Shown piece after piece: positions 9,907 to 19,886 of a DNA stretch of 64,000 nucleotides (its first letter is position 1; the number at the start of each line of letters is the position of its first letter). The position numbers and the translations under genes were made by a program. Origin of the DNA: Burkholderiales bacterium (GTDB lineage: Bacteria > Pseudomonadota > Gammaproteobacteria > Burkholderiales > Eutrophovitaceae); NCBI GenBank assembly GCA_040880425.1, contig JBBDIL010000003.1:9225-73224 (forward strand), written 5' to 3'. The notes below the pieces were generated by a model. It was not told the origin of the DNA. It was given only the letters and a program-made list of their open reading frames with translations, and did no database searches.

Positions 9907-12900
9907 ATGCTGGAAGGCGCGATCAGACACGGCACGCTGCTCGCCATCGGCGTGCTGATCGTTTGCGTGTTCGGGGTGCTGGCCGTGATGCGCGTGCCGG
10001 TGCAGATGATCCCGGACCTCGAAACCCGCGTCATCACGGTGCGCACGTCCTGGCCGGGGGCAACCCCGCAGGACGTGGAAAAGGAGCTCCTGATCGAGCA
10101 GGAGGAATACCTCCGCAGCGTCCCTTCCCTGCAGCGCATGGTTTCCACCGCGACCATGGGCGAAGCGCGCATCGAACTCGAGTTTCCGTTCGGAGTCGAT
10201 GTCAACAATGCGCTGATCCGCGTGAACAATGCGCTCAGCCAGGTTCCAGCTTACCCGGAGAATGTAGACGAGCCGCGCCTGTATACCACGTCGTTCTCCG
10301 ACAACGCTTTCATCTTCCTGCGGGTCATGCCACTGCCGGGCAATCCGCAGGGCGTGAACATGAACATGATGCGGGATTTCATCGACGACAACGTGCGCGC
10401 GCGTTTCGAGCGCGTGCGAGACGTGTCGGAAGTCCGCATCGGCGGCGGCGCCGAACGCCAGGTGCAGATCTTCGTCGATCCGGGCCGGCTGGCCGAGCGC
10501 GGCCTCACCCTCACCGGGCTGCGTACGGCGATCCGCGAGCGCAACCTCGACGTCTCCGGGGGCGATCTGGAAAGTGGCAAGCGGCGCTACCTGCTGCGCA
10601 CGATGGGCCGCTTCGAGAACCTCGCCGACATCCAGAGCATGGTCATCGCGGAACGCGGCGGAACCATCGTGCGGTTGCGCGACGTCGCCAGCGTGCGGCT
10701 GCATCACTTCGAAATCCGCCAGCACGCGTTTACCGATGGCGAACCGATCGTCAGCCTCTCGATCCGGCGCAACCGCGGCTCGAACGTCATCGCCATCAAG
10801 GAAGCCGTCCTGCCGGTGATCGAGCAGCTGAACCGGGAAGTGCTGGAGCCCGCCGGCATGCGCATGGCGCTCACCACCGACGACGTGCGTTACGTGCAGG
10901 CGTCGATCGCCAATGTCTGGACCAATCTCGCGATCGGCGCCTGCCTGGCGACGCTGGTGATGTTCCTGTTCCTGCGTTCGGTATCGGCGACGCTGGTCGG
11001 CATCATCGGCGTGCCGATCTGCGCCATCGCCGCGTTCCTCGGCTTGCTGCTCGCCGGGCGCACCATCAACGTGATCTCACTGGCGGGCGTGGCGTTCGCG
11101 ATCGGCATGACGCTGGACAACAGCATCGTGGTGCTGGAGAGCATCGTGCGCGAGCGTGCCAGAGGGCTCGACCGTTTGCAGGCGGCGATTGCGGGCGTGC
11201 GCAGGGTATGGCCCGCGGTGCTCGCGTCCACCCTGACGACCGTGCTGGTGTTCGCTCCTGTGCTGTTCCTGGTCGAGGAAGCAGGGCAGTTGTACTCGGA
11301 TGTCGCGGTGGCGATTGCGGCGTCGATATTCGTGTCCATGCTGGTCGCGGTGACCGTGGTGCCGGCGGCAAGCGCACGCTTCGCCTTCGGGGGCGCCGCG
11401 AAGACGCAGGATGTGCCCGGCAAGCGCCGCATGGTCCGCGCGCTCGGCGCGCTGTTTGCGACGCGTCCGCGACGCACCGCCTGTCTCGTTGGCACGCTGG
11501 CAGCAATGACTGCGGCGATGGTGCTGCTGACGCCGCCGGCGGAGTACCTGCCCGAGGGCGAGGAAGCGAAATCCTTCTCCATGATGATTCCGCCGACCGG
11601 ATACAACCTGACCGAGATGTCAGCGATCGCCGATCGGCTGCATGAGGAGTTCCTGCCGCACCTGGACAGCGACCCAGGCGATTTCGATAACCGCGATGGC
11701 GCCATTCCGGCGCTCGAATACTTCATCGTCTGGGTGCGGCCGCAATACCTGCGTGTGATCGCGGAAACCAAGGATCCGAAGCACATCAATGCGCTGATGC
11801 GCGCGATCGACGCGCGCTTCGAACAGTATCCGGGCATGCGCTCGTTCTCTACGCGCGGGTCCATCATCTCCAGCAACGACGGCGGCACCCGCAGCGTCAA
11901 CCTCGATATCGCCGGCCCGGAGCTCGCTGCCATCTATGACGTCGCGCTGGCGGCCTACCTGCGCGCGCGGGAAGTATTCGACGACCCGCAGGTGCGGCCC
12001 GATCCGCCAACGCTTACGCTCGGTCAGCCGATGCTCGAACTGCGCCCGCGCTGGGAGCGTGCCGCGGAACTGGGCCTGACGACGCAGGAAGTCGGATACG
12101 CGGTCGCCGGAATGACCAACGGCGCATACGTCGACGAATTCTTCCTCGCCGACGACAAGATCGACATCTACCTGTATACGACTACCATGCCCGCCGGGCA
12201 GCTCGGCGACATCGAAAGTCTGCCGGTGTATACGCCACAGGGCACAGTCCTGCCGGTCGGCGCGATCGTGGACATGGTGGAAACGGTGGACACGGACACC
12301 ATCCGCCGTGTGGACGGTCGCCGCACGGTGACACTGAATATCATCCCGCCGCGCTCGGTGGCTCTGGAGACCGGCGTGGAGATCGTGCAGTCCGACCTGA
12401 TCGAACATCTCAGGGCGAATGGCGCCGTGCCCGCTGAGGTCAGCCTCGACATCTCGGGCGCAAGCGACCGCCTGCAGGCGACGCGTGAAGCGCTGTCCGG
12501 AAATTACGCGGTGGCCATCCTGCTGTGCTATCTGCTGCTGGTCGCGGTGTTCACCAACTGGGGCTACCCGCTGCTGATCATGACCGCGGTTCCGCTCGGC
12601 ATCGCCGGCGGCATCGTCGGTCTTTGGCTGCTGAACGTGGTCGGCGCGTGGCTGCCGGCGATCGGCCTGCAGCCGATCCGGCAGCCGCTGGACATGATCA
12701 CCATGCTCGGCTTCCTCATCCTGGTCGGCACGGTGGTGAACAACCCGATCCTGCTGGTGGATCGCGCCCTGCACAACCTGCGCAAAGCCGGCATGGATGC
12801 CGTGCAAGCGGTGAAGGACGCGGTACAGGTGCGGTTGCGCCCGATCCTGATGTCGAGCATCACCACGATATTCGGGCTGGCGCCGCTGGTGTTCATCCCC

Positions 12901-13059
12901 GGCGCCGGTACCGAACTTTATCGCGGCGTCGGCGTGATCGTATTGTTCGGTCTGATGTTCGCCACTATCGTCACGCTGGTGTTCCTGCCTTCACTGCTGG
13001 TCGAGGTGTTCACGTGGCGTTCGCGCAGGGCGGCGACTGCCGCCGCTGCGCAACCCTGA
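9907..13059 (+). CDS. efflux RND transporter permease (AcrB/HAE family)
   Basis: 1050 aa, two 6-TM bundles with large periplasmic loops, typical AcrB-family layout; 5 nt after the adaptor gene. Confidence 0.9.
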   Translation: MLEGAIRHGTLLAIGVLIVCVFGVLAVMRVPVQMIPDLETRVITVRTSWPGATPQDVEKELLIEQEEYLRSVPSLQRMVSTATMGEARIELEFPFGVDVNNALIRVNNALSQVPAYPENVDEPRLYTTSFSDNAFIFLRVMPLPGNPQGVNMNMMRDFIDDNVRARFERVRDVSEVRIGGGAERQVQIFVDPGRLAERGLTLTGLRTAIRERNLDVSGGDLESGKRRYLLRTMGRFENLADIQSMVIAERGGTIVRLRDVASVRLHHFEIRQHAFTDGEPIVSLSIRRNRGSNVIAIKEAVLPVIEQLNREVLEPAGMRMALTTDDVRYVQASIANVWTNLAIGACLATLVMFLFLRSVSATLVGIIGVPICAIAAFLGLLLAGRTINVISLAGVAFAIGMTLDNSIVVLESIVRERARGLDRLQAAIAGVRRVWPAVLASTLTTVLVFAPVLFLVEEAGQLYSDVAVAIAASIFVSMLVAVTVVPAASARFAFGGAAKTQDVPGKRRMVRALGALFATRPRRTACLVGTLAAMTAAMVLLTPPAEYLPEGEEAKSFSMMIPPTGYNLTEMSAIADRLHEEFLPHLDSDPGDFDNRDGAIPALEYFIVWVRPQYLRVIAETKDPKHINALMRAIDARFEQYPGMRSFSTRGSIISSNDGGTRSVNLDIAGPELAAIYDVALAAYLRAREVFDDPQVRPDPPTLTLGQPMLELRPRWERAAELGLTTQEVGYAVAGMTNGAYVDEFFLADDKIDIYLYTTTMPAGQLGDIESLPVYTPQGTVLPVGAIVDMVETVDTDTIRRVDGRRTVTLNIIPPRSVALETGVEIVQSDLIEHLRANGAVPAEVSLDISGASDRLQATREALSGNYAVAILLCYLLLVAVFTNWGYPLLIMTAVPLGIAGGIVGLWLLNVVGAWLPAIGLQPIRQPLDMITMLGFLILVGTVVNNPILLVDRALHNLRKAGMDAVQAVKDAVQVRLRPILMSSITTIFGLAPLVFIPGAGTELYRGVGVIVLFGLMFATIVTLVFLPSLLVEVFTWRSRRAATAAAAQP

Positions 13060-13072
13060 TCGTCGCGCCGGA

Positions 13073-14125
13073 TCAGGAAGGCAGGATCACGCCCTTGCCG
13101 GACGTCTGCGCGTCGAACAGTTTGTAGGCTTCTTCCGCCTGTTCCAGCTTCCAGCGATGGGTGAACAGCTTGTCGACCGCGACGCCGCGATCGGCGATGA
13201 AGCGCGCGCATTCGCCTTGCCCGACAGTCGAGAAGGTCCATGACCCGATCAGCGTCACCTGACGGCGCAGCAGGTCGTTGCTGACATCCAGTGTGACGCT
13301 GTCGCCTTCGCCGACGAAACAGGCTTTGCCCCAGGTGCGCACGCATTTCACCGCTTGGGTGCGCGCTTGCGGCGAGGATGACGCATCCAGGGAGAGATGC
13401 GCGCCGAGTCCATGCGTCAGATCCTTGATCGCCTGCACGACATTCTCGGTGGATTCGGGATTGATCAGCACATCAGCGCCGAATTCTTTCGCACGCGCCA
13501 GTCGCTCGTCGCTGGTGTCGAGCGCGATCACGCGCGCGCCCATGTCGGCGGCGAGCTGGGTTGCGGACAAACCGACCGGGCCCTGGCCGAAGATTGCGAT
13601 GCTGTGATCGCCCTGCAGCCCGAGCCGGTGCAACGCACCCCAGGCGGTGCCGGTGCCGCAGGAGATCGCCGCGCCGGTTTCGAAGGACAGCTCATCCGGC
13701 AGCGGCACCAGCGTGCGCGCGGGGCATTTCATGTATTTCGCGTGCGCGCCATTGCCGGTGATGCCGTACACCTCGGCCACGCCTTCGACGCACAGCTGCA
13801 TCCAGCCGGTCGAACAATGCGGGCACACGCCGCAGCCACGATAGTGATGCTGCATCACGCGCATGCCGACCTTCGCCTGTTTCTCCGATACTCCGGGGCC
13901 GACCGCCGCCACCACGCCGCAGGGTTCGTGTCCCGCGACGATCGGTCCGCTGACCTTGCCCAGGCCCAGCGACGACGCGCCGCCGGCGGCGCGGTAGAAT
14001 TTCAGGTCGCTGCCGCACATGCCCGAGGCCTTGATCTCCAGCACCACTTCCCCCGGTCCCGGCGTCGGATCCGGAAAATCCAGGATCTCGAGTTTGCGGT
14101 CTCCGCGAAATACGACGCCTTTCAT
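13073..14125 (-). CDS. zinc-dependent alcohol dehydrogenase family oxidoreductase
   Basis: 'GMCGSDLKFY', 'GHEPCG', structural-zinc Cys cluster 'CGVCPHCSTG', Rossmann 'GQGPVGL'. Confidence 0.85.
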   Translation of the reverse strand: MKGVVFRGDRKLEILDFPDPTPGPGEVVLEIKASGMCGSDLKFYRAAGGASSLGLGKVSGPIVAGHEPCGVVAAVGPGVSEKQAKVGMRVMQHHYRGCGVCPHCSTGWMQLCVEGVAEVYGITGNGAHAKYMKCPARTLVPLPDELSFETGAAISCGTGTAWGALHRLGLQGDHSIAIFGQGPVGLSATQLAADMGARVIALDTSDERLARAKEFGADVLINPESTENVVQAIKDLTHGLGAHLSLDASSSPQARTQAVKCVRTWGKACFVGEGDSVTLDVSNDLLRRQVTLIGSWTFSTVGQGECARFIADRGVAVDKLFTHRWKLEQAEEAYKLFDAQTSGKGVILPS

Positions 14126-14376
14126 GCTCTCCTCCGTTATTTTCGATTTTCAGTCCAGACTCTACCGTATCCGGTACCGGAACTGGGCGTTCCGCTCGAA
14201 GCCGGTTGCCTGGCGCCGAATGGTCGATTCGGCGTGGCAGTTGTGATCGAATACACTTTCACGAACCCGATTGCAAATGTGTGGTCCCTCCGATTTTTGC
14301 AGGCGTGACAGGAAATCTGAAACACGCATGTGGTACAGGCTGCCCCGGCCAATCTGATTGAGGAGTTCTGCGCATC

Positions 14377-14868
14377 GTGAAATCTGCATCGCCCATGCTG
14401 GTCATTGTCCTGAGCATAACGCTTTTCGACTTGGCGCACGCCGACGACACCGGCAGCCGGTTGAGCCTCCAGCTCGGCCCGCGCATCTATCACTATGATC
14501 CGGATCCGGAGCACAACAACGATACCTGGCTGACGGGCCTGGAACTGGAGTCCGCCGAACGCTGGCTCGCCGGCGCAGTCTCTTTCAGGAACTCCTTTCA
14601 CCAGCGCAGCAGCTATATCTATTTCGGCAAGCGCTGGTTTCCGGACGTCCTGCCGGAGGACGTCTATGTCAAGCTCACCGGCGGGCTGCTTCTCGGCTAC
14701 AAAGAGCCCTACGAGAACAAGATTCCGCTCAATCACCGCGACGGTATCGGCTTTGGCGTTCTTCCGGCGGTCGGCTACCAGTTCGAACGCGCCAACGTCC
14801 AGCTCGTCCTGCTCGGCACTGCCGGCCTCATGGTGACTCTTGGGGTCGATCTGCTGAAACTCGATTGA
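14377..14868 (+). CDS. small secreted beta-barrel-like protein, paralog 1 (PagP-like size and pattern; function unknown)
   Basis: Signal peptide, alternating aromatic/Gly beta-strand pattern; paralogous to 14954..15451. Confidence 0.6.
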   Translation: MKSASPMLVIVLSITLFDLAHADDTGSRLSLQLGPRIYHYDPDPEHNNDTWLTGLELESAERWLAGAVSFRNSFHQRSSYIYFGKRWFPDVLPEDVYVKLTGGLLLGYKEPYENKIPLNHRDGIGFGVLPAVGYQFERANVQLVLLGTAGLMVTLGVDLLKLD

Positions 14869-14953
14869 GCAACACTGTACCTAGTCGCGCATTTCTCGGA
14901 GGAGATCGCCTCAGGGCCGTCACCAATATCAAGATCGAAGGGACTCAAGGATC

Positions 14954-15451
14954 ATGAATCGGACAGAGCGTGCGATGTGTATCATGCTGACGTTGATTCC
15001 CCTCGCCGTGGCGTATGCCGACGAGCCCAACAATGACGGCCGGCTCATGTTTCAGTTGGGCCCATACGCCCATCATTTTGGGTACGATCCGGAGCACAAC
15101 AATTATCCGTGGATGATGGGCCTCGAATGGGAGTCGCGCGATAACTGGCTCGGAGGCGCGGCGTACTTCAGAAACTCGTTCAACCAGCCAAGTCGATACA
15201 TCTACGTCGGCAAACAATGGTTCCCCGACTTCCTGCCCGGGAACGTCTATCTGAAACTGACTGCCGGCATACTGCTTGGTTACAAGGAACCCTACGAAGA
15301 TACAATTCCATTCAACCATCGCAAAGGCATCGCCCCCGGAGTGCTGCCGGCGATCGGCTACCAGTTCGAACGCGTCAATATTCAGCTCGTTCCATTCGCC
15401 GACGCCGGTCTGCTCCTCACTTTTGGCATCGACCTGCTCAATCTGCGTTGA
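14954..15451 (+). CDS. small secreted beta-barrel-like protein, paralog 2
   Basis: About 60-65% identical to 14377..14868 over the mature region by manual alignment (DPEHNN, FRNSF, LLGYKEPYE, GVLPAxGYQFER). Confidence 0.6.
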   Translation: MNRTERAMCIMLTLIPLAVAYADEPNNDGRLMFQLGPYAHHFGYDPEHNNYPWMMGLEWESRDNWLGGAAYFRNSFNQPSRYIYVGKQWFPDFLPGNVYLKLTAGILLGYKEPYEDTIPFNHRKGIAPGVLPAIGYQFERVNIQLVPFADAGLLLTFGIDLLNLR

Positions 15452-16809
15452 GCAAGGCTGCTGCCCGCTGATCTGGCAAGGGACGGCGCGGCCTGCGCAC
15501 ATAGATTTGATGCGCGTTCTGACGCGCCAGTCGCGATAAACCCGCGGTAAACCCGCAATGCACTCAGCAGGTTCCACCACAGCAGCGAAAACGAGAGCGC
15601 AGCGGCAACGCCTGCAATGCGGGCCAACCCTTCCGGCCAGACTGTAGACGAGAGCAGCAACGCCAGCGCGGCCAGATGAATACGCGACTGAAGTCGTTGC
15701 CGCGACCGCTGCAGGATCCGGTGCAGATGGGGAACGCCTGCGGGTGTGCGTGCCTGTTCCTGCATGTGCAGCCAAAGCAGGAACGGCACGACCTTGTACA
15801 GCATGCCATTGACCACCGAGGTGGCGAAGCCGAATATCATCAGCACCCCGAGCGCGATGTCGTAGAAGCCGGCCCCTGCAATCGCCGGCTGCACCGTCGC
15901 CGCCGCGAAGGCAAGCGCGGCGAGCAGCACGCATAGCATCCCGGTGGTCCAGAGCATGGTTGTCGCATCCGGCTGGCGCCGGCGCCTGCGGTATTGAAGG
16001 TGCAGCGTGTACGCGGCGAATGTTGCCGCAGCGAGCGCAACGAAGAGCAGCGCAGTCGACCGAACAATTGAGGGCAGGGATGTCGAGAGCGCGATGGGGG
16101 TGGCCACAACGAGCGCGGCGAATAACAGCCGTGCCAGCCAGCGCACGCCTTGTTGCGGGTAGGCGGGCGTGGTCTGGAACATCGGTACCACCTGCATAGC
16201 CACTGCCGCCACCAGCAGGCCGATCCAGCCGATCAGGCCCCACTGCAGATGCAGGTCGGTCAGCGCGACAATGCGCAGAGGCCACCCGCGCGCGAGAGCA
16301 ATCGCCAGAATCGCGCCGAGCGTTATGGTTATCGCGAGGCTGAACAATGCGAGCCGTGCAACCGAGACCATCGCGTGACCGGTCCTGCTGCGCCACAACC
16401 CCCAGCCGATCGCGACGATCGCCCAGCCGAACACCGGCACCAGCACGCCTGAGGCGAGCTGCAGTAATACCGGGCTGCCGACCCAGAATCCAGTCGCGAG
16501 ACAGACCGTCCCCGATATGAGCAGCGGGTGAACCAGGCCGGTGGTGAGTCTTTGCGCGCCGACCGCAGCGCCTGCAACGACGGGGAGCACCTGCAGCAGT
16601 GCGCCGATCATCACCATCGCGAGGAAGCCCAACGTCATCAGGTGCGTGATCGCGAGCAACTGCGGTGTCCAGCGCGACTGCAGGGCATCCGGTTCGGCCC
16701 AGACCAGCAGCAATGCCGCGGCGATGCCGAACGCCGGCGCAGTGAGCAGAAAGCGCAGTGGAGCCCACAGCGGCGGCGAGCGATCGAATTCCAGCCGCGG
16801 CGCCGTCAC
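15382..16809 (-). CDS. polytopic membrane protein of unknown function (possibly distantly NnrS-like)
   Basis: 475 aa, about 12 hydrophobic segments with conserved His in TMs (THLMTLGF, DLHLQWGLIGW, LLWLHMQ); last gene of the hemerythrin/DUF2249 operon; 4-nt overlap with DUF2249. Confidence 0.5.
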   Translation of the reverse strand: MTAPRLEFDRSPPLWAPLRFLLTAPAFGIAAALLLVWAEPDALQSRWTPQLLAITHLMTLGFLAMVMIGALLQVLPVVAGAAVGAQRLTTGLVHPLLISGTVCLATGFWVGSPVLLQLASGVLVPVFGWAIVAIGWGLWRSRTGHAMVSVARLALFSLAITITLGAILAIALARGWPLRIVALTDLHLQWGLIGWIGLLVAAVAMQVVPMFQTTPAYPQQGVRWLARLLFAALVVATPIALSTSLPSIVRSTALLFVALAAATFAAYTLHLQYRRRRRQPDATTMLWTTGMLCVLLAALAFAAATVQPAIAGAGFYDIALGVLMIFGFATSVVNGMLYKVVPFLLWLHMQEQARTPAGVPHLHRILQRSRQRLQSRIHLAALALLLSSTVWPEGLARIAGVAAALSFSLLWWNLLSALRVYRGFIATGASERASNLCAQAAPSLARSAGSSLAQRRLSRSMPKVRSRPASANGTS

Positions 16810-17036
16810 GGCTCGTGCCAGATCAGTATCTCGAAGATGCCGGATGGGTGAAACCGGGAATCGTAGCGGTAGCCGTTGCGCTCAAGAATGCGGTACAGCG
16901 GCCGCGGTTCGCGGTCGATAATCATCAGCAGCCGTTCATCCGGACCCAGATCGCCGAGCGCGGACAGCACCCTCTCGAGCGGTTCCGGGGGCTCCAACCC
17001 CCGCACATCCAGCACGACGCGCGCGTCCGGTCCCAT
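16806..17036 (-). CDS. DUF2249 domain protein (TusA-like fold)
   Basis: 76 aa; 'LDVRGLEPPEPLERVLSAL...LLMIIDREPRPLYRILERNGY' typical DUF2249. Confidence 0.75.
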   Translation of the reverse strand: MGPDARVVLDVRGLEPPEPLERVLSALGDLGPDERLLMIIDREPRPLYRILERNGYRYDSRFHPSGIFEILIWHEP

Positions 17037-17042
17037 TGTGTG

Positions 17043-17492
17043 TCAACCCGACGCGCTGAGCCTCGTGGCCTCGGCCACGGTTCCTGCGTCCGCTTGAAGT
17101 ACTTCATCCAGCATCGGATAGAGCACGTTCTCTTCCTTAATGTTGTGCTGCTGCAGGAAGATCACCAGCATTTCTGCCAGATCCAGGAAGCGGTCCCGCT
17201 CGCCGTTGTCGGCCGCACGCACCATTTCCGCCATGAGCGCGCGCATCTGGTGGTGCTCCGCCCGCATCACCCGGGTCGGTCCCGAGTCCACTCCGGTGCT
17301 GCGCTCGAAGGCGGGGAAAAGCAGTTCTTCCTCGACCGACAGGTGCGTGACCATCGCATCCCGGAACGCGACGAAGTGCTGCGCACATTCCAGAATCTCG
17401 CCTTTGCCCGCGGCATTCTCCGCGAGAGAGAACTGCTCGTCGCATTGGCGATGCACGCGGCCCAGCAATTCGCTGATTTTTTCCATTTGCAT
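17043..17492 (-). CDS. hemerythrin domain-containing protein
   Basis: 149 aa from 'MQMEKISELL'; hemerythrin His/Glu pattern (HFVAFRDAMVTHLSVEEELLFP ... MRAEHHQM ... FLQQHNIKEENVLYP); FNR-like box 58 bp upstream. Confidence 0.75.
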   Translation of the reverse strand: MQMEKISELLGRVHRQCDEQFSLAENAAGKGEILECAQHFVAFRDAMVTHLSVEEELLFPAFERSTGVDSGPTRVMRAEHHQMRALMAEMVRAADNGERDRFLDLAEMLVIFLQQHNIKEENVLYPMLDEVLQADAGTVAEATRLSASG

Positions 17493-17543
17493 GACCTTTC
17501 TGCCATTGCAGAGCATCTTGACCGCTGTCTGGCCCTCCTGGCC

Positions 17544-17557
17544 TTGATTCGGGTCAA
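17544..17557. promoter_or_regulatory. FNR/Dnr-type box TTGATTCGGGTCAA upstream of the hemerythrin operon
   Basis: TTGAT-N4-GTCAA, centred about 58 bp upstream of the hemerythrin ATG. Confidence 0.5.
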
Positions 17558-18531
17558 TTTCGTGGAAAGGCATCGCGGCCCGATGTGGCGTATGCCAGCG
17601 CCGCCAGCAGCATGAGCACGGCGATACCGAGCAGATCGTGTGCAAGCACCATGGCAAACGGGAAATCCGGGCGGATGCCGAACGTGGCAACGGCTGCCTG
17701 CGCAAGTGCGACAGCCGATGTAAAGAGCGCCAGTATGCGCAGTGATCGGGCGGTATGCGAAAGCTGCAGTACCACGCCGCCTGCCGCCACCAGCAGCAAG
17801 ACCGGGGAGAGGCGCTGCGCAAGGCCGAGCGCCTGCCGTGCCGCGTCCGCCGCGGCAGGCTCCAACTGTGCCTCCAGCGCGATAAGCGGATTGAACGCCA
17901 CCAAGTCGGGTCCGCGCCACACCGCACCACATTCTGCAAGCGTCGGGCAGGCGAGCACGACATGATGCGCGTACGCCACGACATTCAGCGCGAAGTACGC
18001 TAAGCCGAGCGACAGCGCGACTGCGGCCGAACCTGCGGTTCTGCGATCCGGGTGCTCAGGCTGCCGAGAGCGGGCACGCAGGTACAGCCACCAGAGAAGC
18101 AGCAGCAGGACCGTCCCCGCCGCGACGTTGCCGAGGATCACCGACGGCGACCCGAATGATTTCGCCATCCGGCCGAGGACGGCAAGGAAAATGGTGAGCA
18201 CGATCACTGCAGTTGCAATGGTCAGGTCGCCCCGTCGCCGCGGTTTCTGCACCCAGGCCAGTCCGACCGCGAGAATCGCCACTGCTCCCATTCCCGAAGC
18301 GGCCAGCCGGTGCAGCGGCCGTGCAATACGATGCAACGGCCGCAGTTCCTCCTGTGCCTGCACCCCGTAACATTCGGGCCAGTCTTCGCAACCGAACCCG
18401 CTCGCGACCAGCCGCATGTAGCCGCTGGTGGTCAGCACCAGAAACATGAGCGCAACGCCGCCGAGCGCCGTCCACCGGAGGAGCGCGCGTTCGTTCCCGT
18501 TGTGCGCAACCAGGCGTGCTGCCCCGCTCAC
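17554..18531 (-). CDS. COX15/CtaA-family protein (Cys-pair type haem A synthase-like)
   Basis: 'GFGCEDWPECYG' and second pair 'ACPTLAECG'; His in TMs (PLHRLAASG, LAHDLLG); about 8 TM. Confidence 0.65.
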   Translation of the reverse strand: MSGAARLVAHNGNERALLRWTALGGVALMFLVLTTSGYMRLVASGFGCEDWPECYGVQAQEELRPLHRIARPLHRLAASGMGAVAILAVGLAWVQKPRRRGDLTIATAVIVLTIFLAVLGRMAKSFGSPSVILGNVAAGTVLLLLLWWLYLRARSRQPEHPDRRTAGSAAVALSLGLAYFALNVVAYAHHVVLACPTLAECGAVWRGPDLVAFNPLIALEAQLEPAAADAARQALGLAQRLSPVLLLVAAGGVVLQLSHTARSLRILALFTSAVALAQAAVATFGIRPDFPFAMVLAHDLLGIAVLMLLAALAYATSGRDAFPRN

Positions 18532-18591
18532 CCGCGCCTCATCGCGTCGAGAGACGGGAAAGCCGCGTGCTCCGATTTGCCGGCCACACGA

Positions 18592-19698
18592 TCAGACGAT
18601 CTGCACAGCATGCTCGCCGATCTGACCACGCAGGGCGGGCTCTGTCGCCCGGACCGAAGCGGCTGCCGCGCGCAACTCGTGCATTGCCCAGATGACTGCG
18701 CTCAGCAGCAGCACTGCACCGCCTTGGTGTGCTACAGCCAGCGGAACCGGAACCACCAGCAGCAGCGTCGCGACGCCGAGTGCGATCTGTATTGCAAGCG
18801 CAGCCGCCAATGCATGCACCGCAATGCGTGCGCCGCGCGGCATGCCGACGCGCTGTGCGGTCAGCCAGAATCCCGCCACTAACGCCATCAGCAGCCAGGC
18901 AATCATGCGATGGGTGAATTGCACCGTCGTCATGTTGTTGAAGAAGTTCAGCCACGACGGATCGAGCATTAGCATCCCGGGTGGCAGGAAATGCCCGTTC
19001 ATCAGCGGAAACGTGTTGTAGGCATAGCCGGCGCGGATGCCCGCGACCAGCGCCCCGCTCAGCGCCATGACGAAGATCAGCACGGCGAGGCTACCCGCAT
19101 AACCCGAGAGTCTGAGCAGTGCGCCGCTGCCGGCGGCGCGTGCGGGCCGCAGCAAATCAAGCGCGACCCACAACATCCAGCCATAGATCACAAGTGCGAG
19201 CCCGAAATGCGCAGTCAGACGCAGATGACTGACGCGCGGATTGTCCACCAGACCGCTCTTGACCATGTACCAACCCATCGCACCCTGCAAGGCGCCCAGC
19301 ACGAAGATGCCGCCGAGCTGCCAGCGCAGCGCGCCGCGAATCTCGCCGCGTACGAGAAACCATACGAAGGGAACAAGGAAAGCCAGGCCGATCGCACGCC
19401 CGAGCAGCCGGTGGAAGTATTCCCACCAGAAAATGCCCTTGAACTCCGCCAGCGACATGCCCTTGTTCACCTGAAGATACTCGGGCGTCTGCCGGTACTT
19501 CTCGAAGAGAACATCCCAGTCGTTCTGGCTGAGCGGCGGAATGGTTCCAACGATCGGTTGCCATTCCACGATCGAAAGGCCGGATTGCGTAAGGCGAGTC
19601 GCACCGCCTACCACCACCATCGCGAATACCAGCAGGCAGCAGGCGAACAGCCAAATCATGACATTGCGCTGTGCGGCATCGGCAACATTCTCGCGCAT
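18592..19698 (-). CDS. ctaA: haem A synthase (COX15/CtaA, proteobacterial type)
   Basis: '[44 protein letters not shown]...[17 protein letters not shown]' canonical COX15 N-terminus. Confidence 0.85.
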   Translation of the reverse strand: MRENVADAAQRNVMIWLFACCLLVFAMVVVGGATRLTQSGLSIVEWQPIVGTIPPLSQNDWDVLFEKYRQTPEYLQVNKGMSLAEFKGIFWWEYFHRLLGRAIGLAFLVPFVWFLVRGEIRGALRWQLGGIFVLGALQGAMGWYMVKSGLVDNPRVSHLRLTAHFGLALVIYGWMLWVALDLLRPARAAGSGALLRLSGYAGSLAVLIFVMALSGALVAGIRAGYAYNTFPLMNGHFLPPGMLMLDPSWLNFFNNMTTVQFTHRMIAWLLMALVAGFWLTAQRVGMPRGARIAVHALAAALAIQIALGVATLLLVVPVPLAVAHQGGAVLLLSAVIWAMHELRAAAASVRATEPALRGQIGEHAVQIV

Positions 19699-19780
19699 GG
19701 ATCGGTTCTCTCCGAAGTCTGAAGTTCGGATGGAATTCTAGACGTCAGAAATACGCCTTGCGCAGCCAGGCCGGTTTTTC

Positions 19781-19794
19781 TTGATGCGAATCAA
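19781..19794. promoter_or_regulatory. FNR/Dnr-type box TTGATGCGAATCAA in the divergent ctaA / oxidase intergenic region
   Basis: Perfect TTGAT-N4-ATCAA palindrome; about 89 bp from the ctaA start and about 100 bp from the 61-aa ORF start. Confidence 0.65.
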
Positions 19795-19886
19795 TTTCTT
19801 TCACCTGACGCGCGCGTAGCTTCGGCAACGTAGGAAACCGAACCGCAGGCAACCTGCCGCGGCACTTTACGCCGGAGATCGAAACA

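Noticed and set aside
15382-16809. Calling the 475-aa membrane protein NnrS
   Set aside because: There is only a vague resemblance (His-containing TM motifs, denitrification context). The characteristic NnrS motifs could not be matched confidently by eye, so it is kept as unknown.
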